Shown: positions 37,702 through 48,777 of the stretch, one piece after another
Layout: each line of letters opens with the position of its first letter
Position numbering within the stretch: the first letter of the stretch is position 1
Origin: Escherichia coli
GTDB lineage: Bacteria; Pseudomonadota; Gammaproteobacteria; Enterobacterales; Enterobacteriaceae
Direction: 5' to 3' (one strand)
NCBI RefSeq assembly: GCF_013122565.1
Contig: NZ_CP053258.1
Length of the DNA: 64,000 nucleotides
Made by a program: the position numbers and the translations under genes
The notes under the pieces: generated by a model
What the model was told of the DNA's origin: nothing
The model's database searches: none
What the model saw: only the letters and a program-made list of their open reading frames with translations

Positions 37702-38152
37702 GGCGTTAACAGTTTCATTTTTTGATGAAAGTACCTGATAACTATTTTTATCAATCTGAGTTGCGCAACGAAAGAACTCCCTCAAAGTTAAGAGGCTATC
37801 ATAATTCTAAACCCAATCTTTTTCCCTAAATGCATGCTGAATATTATTAAAAAAATTGTTTGAATGTGTTTTTGTATGCGATGATTTTACAAATAACTCC
37901 ACCGCACCAATAAAATTATTGTGTCTGATCCTGGGTAACATATGGCTACCTTATTTTATTTGGTTATTTTATGTCGCCATTAAATATCTCATTATAGAAG
38001 TAAACTATCAAAAAACGCTCATTATTAAAATGTTACTTATTAGCAATTGAATTTTTGCACTTTAAATACAATCTCTTTTTATTTATAACTTTTTAGGTTG
38101 GGAGAAATCAGCATGGCAGAATCAGGAAATACACTGTTTCTGCCATCTGAAT

Positions 38153-38893
38153 TTAGTAAATAGACACTCTGAACCCCGGATTCAGGAACGACTCGCGCGG
38201 AGTGTAATCCAGCGGTTTACCCTGCCAGTCGTGAACGTGCGCTCCGGCAGCTGCAGCCACAGCATGACCGGCGGCGGTGTCCCAAATATTCGTTGGTCCG
38301 AAGCGCGGGTACAGCTGCGCCTGTCCTTCCGCCACCAGGCAGAATTTCAGCGAAGAGCCGATGGACGTGGTCTGATGTTCGCCAAGCTGTTGCAGATACT
38401 CTTTCAGCTCCGCATCTGCATGGGAACGGCTGATAACCACCAGCGGCGGGCGCGCATCGCGGACCTGAATCTGCTTGCGCACACCGCACTCTTCTTTCCA
38501 GGCTTTGCCTTCTGCCGCGCTGTACATTACGTTCATTACCGGCGCATACACCACACCTAAAATCGGTTTGCCGTGGTCGATGAGCGCAATGTTAACGGTG
38601 AATTCGCCATTACGTTTAATAAACTCTTTAGTACCATCCAGCGGGTCTACCAGCCAGTAACGCTGCCAGTGCTGACGGACTTCCCAACCGGGAGGATCTT
38701 CTTCAGAAAGGACCGGAATATCCGGTGTCAGCGTACGTAAACCGTCCATGATAACGGTGTGTGCGGCAATATCCGCTGCCGTTACCGGAGAATTGTCCGC
38801 TTTGCTGACGACGTCCATCGGTTTCGTCCCGTCGTAGACCTGCATAATGGCATCGCCTGCATTCCGTGCAAGCTGGCATACTTGATCTAACAT
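38153..38893 (-). CDS. cysQ: 3'(2'),5'-bisphosphate nucleotidase
   Basis: 246 aa inositol-monophosphatase family ([20 protein letters not shown]...). Confidence 0.95.
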   Translation of the reverse strand: MLDQVCQLARNAGDAIMQVYDGTKPMDVVSKADNSPVTAADIAAHTVIMDGLRTLTPDIPVLSEEDPPGWEVRQHWQRYWLVDPLDGTKEFIKRNGEFTVNIALIDHGKPILGVVYAPVMNVMYSAAEGKAWKEECGVRKQIQVRDARPPLVVISRSHADAELKEYLQQLGEHQTTSIGSSLKFCLVAEGQAQLYPRFGPTNIWDTAAGHAVAAAAGAHVHDWQGKPLDYTPRESFLNPGFRVSIY

Positions 38894-39082
38894 TTCTCCA
38901 CCTCGTCTCTGTGAGCGGTGTTAACTTATTGTTTTACTTATACCCTATCGTTAATGAATGCGCCAACTGTGATAGTGTCATCATTTTCAAAGCGTAAAAT
39001 TGTGGCATTCTTCACTGTTCTATAAGTAAGACGTTTATTCTCCCTTTTCTTTCGTATTCCCGATGATAAAAGGATGTCCCTG

Positions 39083-41026
39083 ATGATTAAGTTTAGCGCA
39101 ACGCTCCTGGCCACGCTGATTGCCGCCAGTGTGAATGCAGCGACGGTCGATCTGCGTATCATGGAAACCACTGATCTGCATAGCAACATGATGGATTTCG
39201 ATTATTACAAAGACACCGCCACGGAAAAATTCGGACTGGTACGTACGGCAAGCCTGATTAACGATGCCCGCAATGAAGTGAAAAACAGCGTACTGGTCGA
39301 TAACGGCGATTTGATTCAGGGGAGTCCGCTGGCCGATTACATGTCGGCGAAAGGATTAAAAGCAGGTGATATTCACCCGGTCTATAAGGCATTAAATACG
39401 CTGGACTATACCGTCGGCACGCTTGGCAACCATGAGTTTAACTACGGTCTGGATTACCTGAAAAATGCGCTGGCAGGAGCGAAATTTCCTTATGTAAATG
39501 CCAACGTCATTGACGCCAGAACCAAACAGCCAATGTTTACACCGTATTTAATTAAAGATACCGAAGTGGTCGATAAGGACGGAAAAAAACAGACGCTGAA
39601 GATTGGCTATATTGGCGTCGTGCCGCCGCAAATCATGGGCTGGGATAAAGCTAATTTATCCGGGAAAGTGACGGTAAATGATATTACCGAAACCGTGCGC
39701 AAATACGTGCCTGAAATGCGCGAGAAAGGTGCCGATGTTATTGTCGTTCTGGCGCATTCCGGGCTGTCTGCCGATCCGTATAAAGTGATGGCGGAAAACT
39801 CAGTTTATTACCTCAGTGAAATTCCGGGCGTTAACGCCATTATGTTTGGTCATGCTCACGCCGTTTTCCCAGGTAAAGATTTTGCTGATATCGAAGGGGC
39901 TGATATCGCGAAAGGCACGCTGAATGGTGTTCCGGCGGTAATGCCAGGCATGTGGGGCGATCATCTTGGTGTAGTCGACTTACAACTCAGTAATGACAGC
40001 GGTAAATGGCAGGTGACGCAGGCGAAAGCGGAAGCACGACCGATTTACGACATCGCTAATAAAAAATCCCTCGCGGCGGAAGACAGCAAGCTGGTAGAAA
40101 CACTCAAAGCCGATCACGATGCCACACGCCAGTTCGTCAGCAAGCCAATCGGTAAATCTGCCGACAATATGTATAGCTATCTGGCGCTGGTGCAGGACGA
40201 TCCGACCGTGCAGGTGGTGAACAACGCGCAAAAAGCGTATGTCGAGCATTACATTCAGGGCGATCCGGATCTGGCAAAACTGCCGGTGCTTTCAGCTGCC
40301 GCACCGTTTAAAGTTGGTGGTCGCAAAAATGACCCGGCAAGCTATGTGGAAGTGGAAAAAGGCCAGTTGACCTTCCGTAATGCCGCCGATCTTTATCTCT
40401 ATCCCAATACGCTGATTGTGGTGAAAGCCAACGGTAAAGAGGTGAAAGAGTGGCTGGAGTGCTCCGCCGGACAGTTTAACCAGATTGATCCTAACAGCAC
40501 GAAACCACAGTCACTCATCAACTGGGATAGTTTCCGCACCTATAACTTTGATGTGATTGATGGTGTGAATTATCAGATTGATGTTACCCAGCCTGCCCGT
40601 TATGACGGCGAGTGCCAGATGGTTAATGCCAATGCGGAAAGGATTAAGAACCTGACCTTTAATGGCAAGCCGATTGATCCGAACGCCATGTTCCTCGTTG
40701 CCACCAATAACTATCGCGCTTACGGCGGCAAATTTGCTGGTACGGGCGACAGCCATATCGCTTTTGCTTCACCGGATGAGAACCGCTCGGTGCTGGCAGC
40801 TTGGATTGCTGATGAGTCGAAACGTGCGGGGGAAATTCACCCGGCAGCAGATAACAACTGGCGTTTAGCACCGATTGCCGGCGATAAGAAACTGGATATC
40901 CGTTTCGAAACCTCTCCGTCAGATAAAGCCGCAGCGTTTATTAAAGAGAAAGGGCAATATCCGATGAATAAAGTCGCGACCGATGATATCGGGTTTGCGA
41001 TTTATCAGGTGGATTTGAGTAAGTAA
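39083..41026 (+). CDS. cpdB: 2',3'-cyclic-nucleotide 2'-phosphodiesterase/3'-nucleotidase
   Basis: 647 aa from ATG at 39083 ([33 protein letters not shown]...). Confidence 0.95.
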   Translation: MIKFSATLLATLIAASVNAATVDLRIMETTDLHSNMMDFDYYKDTATEKFGLVRTASLINDARNEVKNSVLVDNGDLIQGSPLADYMSAKGLKAGDIHPVYKALNTLDYTVGTLGNHEFNYGLDYLKNALAGAKFPYVNANVIDARTKQPMFTPYLIKDTEVVDKDGKKQTLKIGYIGVVPPQIMGWDKANLSGKVTVNDITETVRKYVPEMREKGADVIVVLAHSGLSADPYKVMAENSVYYLSEIPGVNAIMFGHAHAVFPGKDFADIEGADIAKGTLNGVPAVMPGMWGDHLGVVDLQLSNDSGKWQVTQAKAEARPIYDIANKKSLAAEDSKLVETLKADHDATRQFVSKPIGKSADNMYSYLALVQDDPTVQVVNNAQKAYVEHYIQGDPDLAKLPVLSAAAPFKVGGRKNDPASYVEVEKGQLTFRNAADLYLYPNTLIVVKANGKEVKEWLECSAGQFNQIDPNSTKPQSLINWDSFRTYNFDVIDGVNYQIDVTQPARYDGECQMVNANAERIKNLTFNGKPIDPNAMFLVATNNYRAYGGKFAGTGDSHIAFASPDENRSVLAAWIADESKRAGEIHPAADNNWRLAPIAGDKKLDIRFETSPSDKAAAFIKEKGQYPMNKVATDDIGFAIYQVDLSK

Positions 41027-41039
41027 AACACTTCTTTTT

Positions 41040-41235
41040 CGGCCTATAAATCATCAACCGCATCCGGCACTTTTGGCGGATGCGCTGCTGGCGCATCTTA
41101 TCCGCCCTACAAGCCATGAACCGTTGACCATATAAGCGCAGCGCATCCGGCTCTTCCTGGCGGAGGCGATGCTGACGCATCTTATCCGCCCTACAAGCCA
41201 TGAACCATAGACCGGATAAGCGCAGCGCATCCGGC
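41040..41235. repeat. REP/BIME cluster with an ~80-bp direct duplication
   Basis: GCGCATCTTATCCGCCCTACAAGCCATGAACC occurs at about 41090 and 41170, interleaved with inverted GCGCAGCGCATCCGGC units. Confidence 0.8.
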
Positions 41236-41237
41236 AG

Positions 41238-41390
41238 TTATGCCGCACGTTCATCCCGCACCGCTAACACCTCGGGCAAATTCAACTCAATCCAGTCCGC
41301 CAGTGCAGCAACCTTTTCGCTCACCTGCTCGCCCAGCGGCGTGAGGCTGTATTCCACATGCGGCGGCGTTACTGGCGTTGTCCGGCCAAT
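41238..41390 (-). pseudogene. ytfH: 3' remnant of HxlR-family regulator gene ytfH (N-terminal two-thirds absent)
   Basis: Reverse frame gives ...PPHVEYSLTPLGEQVSEKVAALADWIELNLPEVLAVRDERAA*, an HxlR-type C-terminus; in-frame TAA directly upstream and no start codon. Confidence 0.6.
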
Positions 41391-41500
41391 GTTAATAACT
41401 AGTTAATTAAAGTGGCATCCTCCCGCATCCTCTCTGATAATGACGGGATGCCGGGAGCAATCATGTCTGCTTCCTGAACTTTCTTCTGACAGATCAATGG

Positions 41501-42502
41501 ATGCCAGTAATGATTAGCGGCGTGCTGTACGCCCTGTTAGCAGGGTTGATGTGGGGGCTTATCTTTGTCGGGCCGTTGATCGTGCCGGAATACCCGGCGA
41601 TGTTGCAGTCGATGGGGCGTTATCTGGCGTTAGGGTTAATTGCGCTACCCATTGCCTGGCTGGGACGCGTGCGTCTGCGTCAGTTGGCGCGTCGCGACTG
41701 GCTTACCGCCTTGATGCTCACCATGATGGGCAACCTTATCTATTACTTCTGCCTTGCCAGTGCCATTCAACGTACTGGCGCGCCTGTTTCCACGATGATT
41801 ATCGGCACCCTGCCGGTGGTCATTCCTGTCTTTGCCAATCTGCTTTATAGCCAGCGCGACGGCAAACTCGCATGGGGAAAACTCGCCCCGGCACTGGTTT
41901 GTATTGGCATCGGCCTGGCGTGTGTGAATGTTGCTGAGTTAAACCACGGACTCCCCGATTTTGACTGGGCACGTTATACCTCTGGCATCGTGCTGGCGTT
42001 AGTTTCCGTGGTCTGCTGGGCGTGGTATGCCCTGCGCAACGCCCGCTGGCTGCGGGAAAATCCCGACAAACATCCGATGATGTGGGCAACGGCGCAGGCG
42101 CTGGTCACGCTGCCGGTTTCTCTCATCGGCTATCTCGTCGCTTGTTACTGGCTGAATACGCAAACGCCGGATTTCACGCTTCCTTTTGGCCCGCGTCCGT
42201 TGGTTTTTATCAGCCTGATGGTCGCAATCGCTATTCTCTGCTCGTGGGTGGGCGCGCTTTGCTGGAATATCGCCAGCCAGCGTTTGCCTACGGTGATCCT
42301 CGGCCCGTTAATCGTGTTTGAGACGCTGGCGGGTTTGCTGTACACCTTTTTGCTACGCCAGCAATTGCCATCGCTGTTAACGTTTAGCGGCATTGCGCTG
42401 TTAGTGATTGGCGTGGTGATTGCGGTTCGGGCGAAGCCGGAGAAACCGTTGAGTGTCACTATTACCGACGTTAACAAACCCACTGCCACGAAAGGGTTAT
42501 AG
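41501..42502 (+). CDS. ytfF: EamA/DMT-family inner membrane transporter
   Basis: 333 aa polytopic membrane protein (start could be 41510); conserved position before ytfE. Confidence 0.8.
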   Translation: MPVMISGVLYALLAGLMWGLIFVGPLIVPEYPAMLQSMGRYLALGLIALPIAWLGRVRLRQLARRDWLTALMLTMMGNLIYYFCLASAIQRTGAPVSTMIIGTLPVVIPVFANLLYSQRDGKLAWGKLAPALVCIGIGLACVNVAELNHGLPDFDWARYTSGIVLALVSVVCWAWYALRNARWLRENPDKHPMMWATAQALVTLPVSLIGYLVACYWLNTQTPDFTLPFGPRPLVFISLMVAIAILCSWVGALCWNIASQRLPTVILGPLIVFETLAGLLYTFLLRQQLPSLLTFSGIALLVIGVVIAVRAKPEKPLSVTITDVNKPTATKGL

Positions 42503-42561
42503 CTTTACCTAAAAGATGCATTTAATATGCATCTTATATTTTTCACCATGAGGTATCCGCT

Positions 42562-43224
42562 ATGGCTTATCGCGACCAATCTTTAGGGGAACTGGCACTC
42601 GCTATTCCTCGCGCTTCGGCACTGTTTCGTCAATATGATATGGATTACTGCTGCGGCGGTAAGCAAACGCTGGCGCGCGCGGCAGCACGTAAGGAGCTGG
42701 ATGTTGAGGTCATTGAAGCCAAACTGGCAAAGCTTGCAGAACAACCGATTGAGAAAGACTGGCGTAGCGCCCCGCTGGCGGAAATCATCGACCATATCAT
42801 CGTGCGCTACCACGATCGTCACCGCGAACAACTGCCAGAGTTGATCCTGCAAGCTTCTAAAGTCGAGCGCGTTCACGCCGACAAACCGAGCGTGCCAAAA
42901 GGGCTGACAAAATACCTGACCATGCTGCATGAAGAGCTTTCCAGCCACATGATGAAAGAAGAGCAGATCCTCTTCCCGATGATCAAACAAGGCATGGGCA
43001 GCCAGGCGATGGGGCCAATCAGCGTAATGGAAAGCGAGCACGATGAAGCGGGCGAACTGCTGGAAGTGATTAAACACACCACCAATAACGTCACACCGCC
43101 GCCGGAAGCCTGCACCACCTGGAAAGCGATGTATAACGGTATTAATGAATTGATTGATGACCTGATGGAGCACATCAGCCTGGAAAACAATGTGCTGTTC
43201 CCACGCGCGCTGGCTGGTGAGTGA
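42562..43224 (+). CDS. ytfE: Iron-sulfur cluster repair di-iron protein (RIC)
   Basis: 220 aa, [33 protein letters not shown]... Confidence 0.95.
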   Translation: MAYRDQSLGELALAIPRASALFRQYDMDYCCGGKQTLARAAARKELDVEVIEAKLAKLAEQPIEKDWRSAPLAEIIDHIIVRYHDRHREQLPELILQASKVERVHADKPSVPKGLTKYLTMLHEELSSHMMKEEQILFPMIKQGMGSQAMGPISVMESEHDEAGELLEVIKHTTNNVTPPPEACTTWKAMYNGINELIDDLMEHISLENNVLFPRALAGE

Positions 43225-43276
43225 TTCGTTCGATCAACGATCCTGACATGTACGGGATCGTTGATTGTTAAGAGGT

Positions 43277-44770
43277 TCAGTCTTTCAATGGACGTAATTC
43301 ATTGTTGTAACTGGTGTAACTGCCTTCAACGGTAAGTAGATTGCCGTTTTCATCAAGATGCGCCGCATTGAGTTGTCGAGTTTCATTACGCCGCTTCGCA
43401 TCACGAACCAGCCCATCGCCTACGTAATAAATATAGTGGTCATCATGAGCAAAGGTATCTGATAATTGACCATTGGCGTATTTAAACCACGTCCATTGGC
43501 CTTTAAGCTCAAATTTCTCAACCGTGTCTTTATCAATAAAATACGTATAGCGATCGTCATGTGCCAAATAATTTAATGTTGTGCCATCGGGGCTTTTATA
43601 CCACTGCCATTGCCCATTGATATCAAAAATAGTCACATCATCCCTTGCAAGGAAATAAACTTTATTCCCTACAACATTAGCACCTTCCTGTAATTCTTGT
43701 TGCGGGTCTGGTAAATGAATGACCGAAAGCGTTTTTTCGACCGCAGAAATATACTTCACCAGATAGAGCGAATCTTTATATTGCGCCACATTCTTCGTCA
43801 GCGGGCGAAAATATTCCGGATCAACATCAGGAATGGTCGCAACCCGGCAGTCATTGGCACGCCAGGAAGCATCACGCGTCATCCAGGTTACTTTATCCCG
43901 CTGTAGGTCAAATGTATTCCGGCAATCTTTACCGAACGAATAACGTTTCTCCCCGTCCTTATCGCGATAAATCAGCAGGGAACCGGCTATCCAGCGCACA
44001 ATATGAAAGGTGTCCGGATCGGCGTCGATGGCATCTCCGTTCACAAAGACCTGCGATTTTGTCCGCCAGATTGTATCCCAGGGTGCGGGATGCCCCCAAC
44101 TTTCACAACTGTTTGGCAAATAAAGAATATTCCGTTGGGCCCAGGGTTTAATATCAAGAATAGAATATCCTTGGGTACTACCCAACCAGCGTCCCTGAAA
44201 GTAAAGATTGCGACGATCTTTCAGCACATCCGCGGAATCAACTGAATTCATCCTCCCCCCCACCTGTTGCAGCGAATCCATATCGACCTGCTTTTCGCCG
44301 TGATTATCATCCGTGCGTTCGCCGTCAAAATAGAGGCTGTCTTTATCGGCAGCAAAACGCCCCCATGCGCGGAATGTTGCGGCATCGACTTTCGGTGTTC
44401 CCGGCGGGTTCTGAACTATTTTCCCTGCCCATAAAATATGGCGACCATCGGTCAACCAGTCGAAACGCCAACTGCTGTTAGTTCTGATATTAGTGCCAGC
44501 ATCTACCTGAACAAAATCATTATTGATATCATCAGGAGAATCATATTTATCATCAGTGCCGTTGGGTACGCGGCGAAGTTGCTTAAACTTCACCTGCGAT
44601 AAATGAATATCCGGAAAATAGAGTCCGTAACCATCACTATCTTCAACGATATATTTTGTGCCTTGCCCCCACGGCTGGTAGTAAAACGCAGCATAAGGCA
44701 CACCAGAGCAAGCTATTGAAGCGGTTGAAAATAAAGCCAGTGCGAGACAAACAGGTTTAATTGGCAACAT
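43277..44770 (-). CDS. Secreted repeat protein, DKNYY-like, paralog 1
   Basis: 497 aa; signal peptide; recurring D-x-x-x-L/V-Y-F/Y units (DKDSLYF, DRRNLYF, DDRYTYF, DDHYIYYV); shares a core block with the adjacent gene. Confidence 0.6.
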   Translation of the reverse strand: MLPIKPVCLALALFSTASIACSGVPYAAFYYQPWGQGTKYIVEDSDGYGLYFPDIHLSQVKFKQLRRVPNGTDDKYDSPDDINNDFVQVDAGTNIRTNSSWRFDWLTDGRHILWAGKIVQNPPGTPKVDAATFRAWGRFAADKDSLYFDGERTDDNHGEKQVDMDSLQQVGGRMNSVDSADVLKDRRNLYFQGRWLGSTQGYSILDIKPWAQRNILYLPNSCESWGHPAPWDTIWRTKSQVFVNGDAIDADPDTFHIVRWIAGSLLIYRDKDGEKRYSFGKDCRNTFDLQRDKVTWMTRDASWRANDCRVATIPDVDPEYFRPLTKNVAQYKDSLYLVKYISAVEKTLSVIHLPDPQQELQEGANVVGNKVYFLARDDVTIFDINGQWQWYKSPDGTTLNYLAHDDRYTYFIDKDTVEKFELKGQWTWFKYANGQLSDTFAHDDHYIYYVGDGLVRDAKRRNETRQLNAAHLDENGNLLTVEGSYTSYNNELRPLKD

Positions 44771-44802
44771 AGCGTCATCCTGAAGCTGTTAGCGTGAAGA
44801 GG

Positions 44803-45960
44803 TTATTTAAATAAGGGTTTAAGACCGCTCGGGGGTTGCTTCACCGATGACCAACCTCCCTTACCTAAGTTATAACGCAGCCATTTACCTTGTTGGACGT
44901 GCTCTTTCCCAACTCCAGTCGCTTGTTGAGTGTAAAGCTGCCCGTCTGTTGATATAAACGTGTTAGTTAATCCCCAACTACCACCTGCTTCAAGTGAGTC
45001 GGTGAGATCCTCTGGCTTGAGATTAATCAACTCCCCTTCGCCCAGGGCGTTGGTTGTGACTTTATAAATTTGGTTCTTATATAAACCGGTATTGCGAACA
45101 AACAGATAAAAATATTCCGGATCAACTCGCGGCAGCGTTTCATAAATACACTCACTGCCCGCTGGAGTGGCTTCATGTTTGAGCCAGGACACGTTATTCA
45201 GACCAATATTAAAAGGTGCACAGCGATAGCTGGTATCCTCCAGCTCATAGTCACGCTCACCGCTTTTATCGCGATAAACTAAGCGTTCGCCAGGCATCCA
45301 GCGGATTATCTGAAAGGTTTTACGATCGGCGGGCAGCGGCTTGCCATTAACAATCACCTGCGAATTTGTCAGCACAACAAATTGCAGGGCGGAATCATGC
45401 CGCACGATTTGAAACCCGTCAGCGCTTCCCAACCAGTGCCCCTTATGCCAAAGACTATTTTTATCACGCAGTAAATTCCAGATGTCCGTCTCTTCAAGCG
45501 TTGACATATCCACCTGCTTATCACCGCTATTATCATCGGTACGCTGACCGTCAAAATAGATACTGCGTTTATCAGCAGCGAAAGCGCCGAATGCCTGAAA
45601 ACTGGCAGCGTCGACTTTAGGTTTACCGGGGGGGTTTTTCAGGACTTTGCCAGACCAAAGGACAGAGCGTCCATCAGTGAGCCAGGCATGCTGGCAATCC
45701 CCCTCGTCATCACAATCGAACTTATCGGGATTAAAATCTGACAGTAACCGGCAATCTTGTTTATTGGTTAAATTGGCAATGCGCCAGAGGCGGGAAAAGT
45801 TAACGTCCAGCAGTTCGGAGAGGATCTCATCTTTTTGCCCCTTCTCTTCGGCAACGTAAACCGTGCCTTTCTCCTGCTGGCGGTAATAAAAATCCGCGCC
45901 CCAGGAAGGTGAAATGGAGAGCGGTAATGCGGTGATTAATAACCAACTTCGCGTAACCAT
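44803..45960 (-). CDS. Secreted repeat protein, DKNYY-like, paralog 2
   Basis: 385 aa from ATG at 45960 (MVTRSWLLITALPLSISPSWG-ADFYY...); ORF-track start at 45984 is TTG; core block shared with paralog 1. Confidence 0.6.
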   Translation of the reverse strand: MVTRSWLLITALPLSISPSWGADFYYRQQEKGTVYVAEEKGQKDEILSELLDVNFSRLWRIANLTNKQDCRLLSDFNPDKFDCDDEGDCQHAWLTDGRSVLWSGKVLKNPPGKPKVDAASFQAFGAFAADKRSIYFDGQRTDDNSGDKQVDMSTLEETDIWNLLRDKNSLWHKGHWLGSADGFQIVRHDSALQFVVLTNSQVIVNGKPLPADRKTFQIIRWMPGERLVYRDKSGERDYELEDTSYRCAPFNIGLNNVSWLKHEATPAGSECIYETLPRVDPEYFYLFVRNTGLYKNQIYKVTTNALGEGELINLKPEDLTDSLEAGGSWGLTNTFISTDGQLYTQQATGVGKEHVQQGKWLRYNLGKGGWSSVKQPPSGLKPLFK

Positions 45961-46085
45961 AGTGATCTCTGAAATGAGTGGCAAAGATCCACAGTAAGTC
46001 CGCGCCTGGGGGGATGTCGATGACGGTAAGTTTTTTTAGGAATGTATAAAGACAAAGGAGATTGCTGACAAAGTGAGCTTTGTTC

Positions 46086-46200
<115 letters not shown>

Positions 46201-46226
46201 AGACACCCGCAGGTGCCTTAGCGGCA

Positions 46227-47630
46227 TTACTTCGCCATGCGTTTTTTACCAATAAACAACCAGCCCAGCCCCAACGCGATAAACCACAGCGGGGTGACCA
46301 GCAGCGCCTGGCGGGTATCATCTTCCAGCGTCAGCAGCACGATCACAAACACAAAGAACGCCATGCATACCCAGCACATCAGCTTGCCGAGCGGCATCTT
46401 GTAGATCGACTTCTCATGCAGATGAGGACGCTGTTTGCGATACACCAGGTACGAGCAAAGGATAATCGTCCAGACGAACATAAACAGAATCGCGGAAACG
46501 GTTGTAATCATCGTGAACGCGCCAATCACGCTAGGATTCACATACAACATCACCACGCCGCCGAGCAGACAGATACACGAGAAGGTCAATCCTTTCGCGG
46601 GTACTGCGCGCTTAGAAAGTTTAGCGAACGCTTTCGGCGCAACACCTTCCTGCGCCAGACCAAACAGCATACGGCTGGTAGAGAAGACACCGCTGTTAGC
46701 GGAAGACGCCGCAGAGGTCAGCACCACAAAGTTGATCACGCTGGCAGCCGCAGGCAAACCTACCAACACAAACAGTTCAACAAACGGGCTTTTCTCCGGG
46801 ACTACCGAACTCCACGGCGTCACGGACATAATCACAATCAGCGCGAAGACGTAGAACATAATGATACGGATCGGAATGGAGTTAATCGCGCGTGGCAGTG
46901 ATTTCTCTGGATCTTTGGTTTCCGCAGCTGTTGTACCTACCAGCTCAATCCCCACGAAAGCGAAAACCGCTATCTGGAATCCGGCAAAGAAGCCACTTAA
47001 ACCTTTCGGGAACCAGCCGCCGTCATTCCACAAATGCGCGAATGACGCTTCCACACCAGTCGGTGACTGAAAGTGCATCGCCACCATGACCAGGCCGACG
47101 ACAATCAGCGACACAATGGCGACGATTTTGATCATCGCAAACCAGAACTCCATCTCACCGAACATTTTCACGGTGGCGAGGTTAAGCGTCAGCAGCAGCA
47201 CTATCACCGCCAGCGAGGCGACCCAGTCGGAGAGATCGGGGAACCAGAACTGAGCATAAGCCGTGATCGCCACCACGTCTGCCATACCGGTTACAACCCA
47301 GCAGAACCAGTAAGTCCAGCCGGTGAAATATCCTGCCCACGGCCCGAGTAAATCGGAAGCGAAGTCACTAAAAGATTTGTATTCCAGATTCGAAAGCAGC
47401 AATTCCCCCATTGCCCGCATCACGAAAAAGAGCATAAAACCAATGATCATATAAACGAAAATGATCGACGGCCCGGCAAGGCTAATCGTTTTGCCAGACC
47501 CCATAAACAACCCCGTACCAATGGCACCGCCAATGGCAATAAGCTGAATATGTCGGTTTGTGAGATTGCGCCGTAGCGACTGTTCAGCCGGAGCCTGATC
47601 ATCGGCAACGACTTTTACCTGATCTACCAT
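46227..47630 (-). CDS. cycA: D-serine/D-alanine/glycine:H+ symporter (APC family)
   Basis: 467 aa, MVDQVKVVADDQAPAEQSLRRNLTNRHIQLIAIGGAIGTGLFMGSG... Confidence 0.95.
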   Translation of the reverse strand: MVDQVKVVADDQAPAEQSLRRNLTNRHIQLIAIGGAIGTGLFMGSGKTISLAGPSIIFVYMIIGFMLFFVMRAMGELLLSNLEYKSFSDFASDLLGPWAGYFTGWTYWFCWVVTGMADVVAITAYAQFWFPDLSDWVASLAVIVLLLTLNLATVKMFGEMEFWFAMIKIVAIVSLIVVGLVMVAMHFQSPTGVEASFAHLWNDGGWFPKGLSGFFAGFQIAVFAFVGIELVGTTAAETKDPEKSLPRAINSIPIRIIMFYVFALIVIMSVTPWSSVVPEKSPFVELFVLVGLPAAASVINFVVLTSAASSANSGVFSTSRMLFGLAQEGVAPKAFAKLSKRAVPAKGLTFSCICLLGGVVMLYVNPSVIGAFTMITTVSAILFMFVWTIILCSYLVYRKQRPHLHEKSIYKMPLGKLMCWVCMAFFVFVIVLLTLEDDTRQALLVTPLWFIALGLGWLFIGKKRMAK

Positions 47631-47938
47631 GTTTTTTTCTTCCTGTACCTGTCTGTGTTGTTCAGGCTCTACGGCCTTTAGTCAGTCTATGATACGACGA
47701 ATCTGTATCGGGACTCATCGATATTAGGTAACAATACGCGGGATGAATACTAAGATTTAGATCTAATGTTAATTTTATGTTTAAAGTGAGTGTCATATCA
47801 CGGTGATAACGCGAAACAGCTCACAAAAATACACGCTTACGGGGTCTTTGCAACACAAAATAGCGCCGTTTGGCAAACTGAAGGGTTTATTGCTGAATGC
47901 CTGCTCCCCTCTGGTTCGAGGGGAACAGAATGCGCTGC

Positions 47939-48559
47939 TTAGAGGATTTCCAGCAGTTCGACTTCAAACACCAGGGTGCTGAACGGAGGGATGGATGCGC
48001 CTGCACCGCGCTCGCCATATGCCAGTTCCTGCGGGATAGTCAGTTCCCATTTAGAACCTACCGGCATCAGAGTCAGTGCTTCAATCCAGCCAGGGATCAC
48101 GCCATTAACCGGAAATTCAGCGGGTTCACCACGAGCAACGGAGCTGTCAAACACGGTGCCGTCGATCAGTTTACCGGTGTAATGAACACGAACGCGGTCG
48201 GTACGTGCCGGAATTGCGCCTTCACCCTGGTTGATCACGCGGAATTGCAGGCCAGATTCGGTGCTATTCACACCTTCTTTTTTGGCGTTTTCTTCCAGGT
48301 ATTTCACACCTTCAGCAGCCATCGCCTGGAAACGCTGACGACGAACGGCATCGGCGCGCTCGTGGATTTCACGCAGCGCGCGATGCACCACATCAACCGG
48401 AACAGCCGGATGTTTGCCTTCCAGCGCATCGGCAATACCTGCAACCAGTGCTTCTGGCAGCAGCCCTTCCAGGCCAGATTCACTCAGTTGTTGCCCTACC
48501 TGCAAACCAATGCCGTAGCTTGCTTGCGCTTCGATGGTGTCAAAAGTTGGGGTGGTCAT
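47939..48559 (-). CDS. fklB: FKBP-type peptidyl-prolyl cis-trans isomerase
   Basis: 206 aa from ATG at 48559 ([22 protein letters not shown]...). Confidence 0.95.
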
Positions 48560-48777
48560 CGTATTTCCTTTCTTAGGGTATAAAAGTAGCGGGCAGCATA
48601 TCAGCCACACTTCTTTGGGTAAAACTTTGTCGCAGGAATGATGACAAATCCCGGGGAAAAAGAAACAATAGCAATATCCCGTATGAATATAATAAAGGCG
48701 GGTTTACCACGGACATCATAGCGTTAGCTTATTCATAGGCTATGATTGAGGAACAAGACGCGGAGCAGGAGGAAACC

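Noticed and set aside
41392-41410. Interpreting the SpeI/PacI-containing palindrome as definite evidence of genetic engineering
   Set aside because: AT-rich palindromes of this kind also occur naturally as operators; without comparison to other strains the engineered-scar reading is only one of several hypotheses and is left as a finding, not a call
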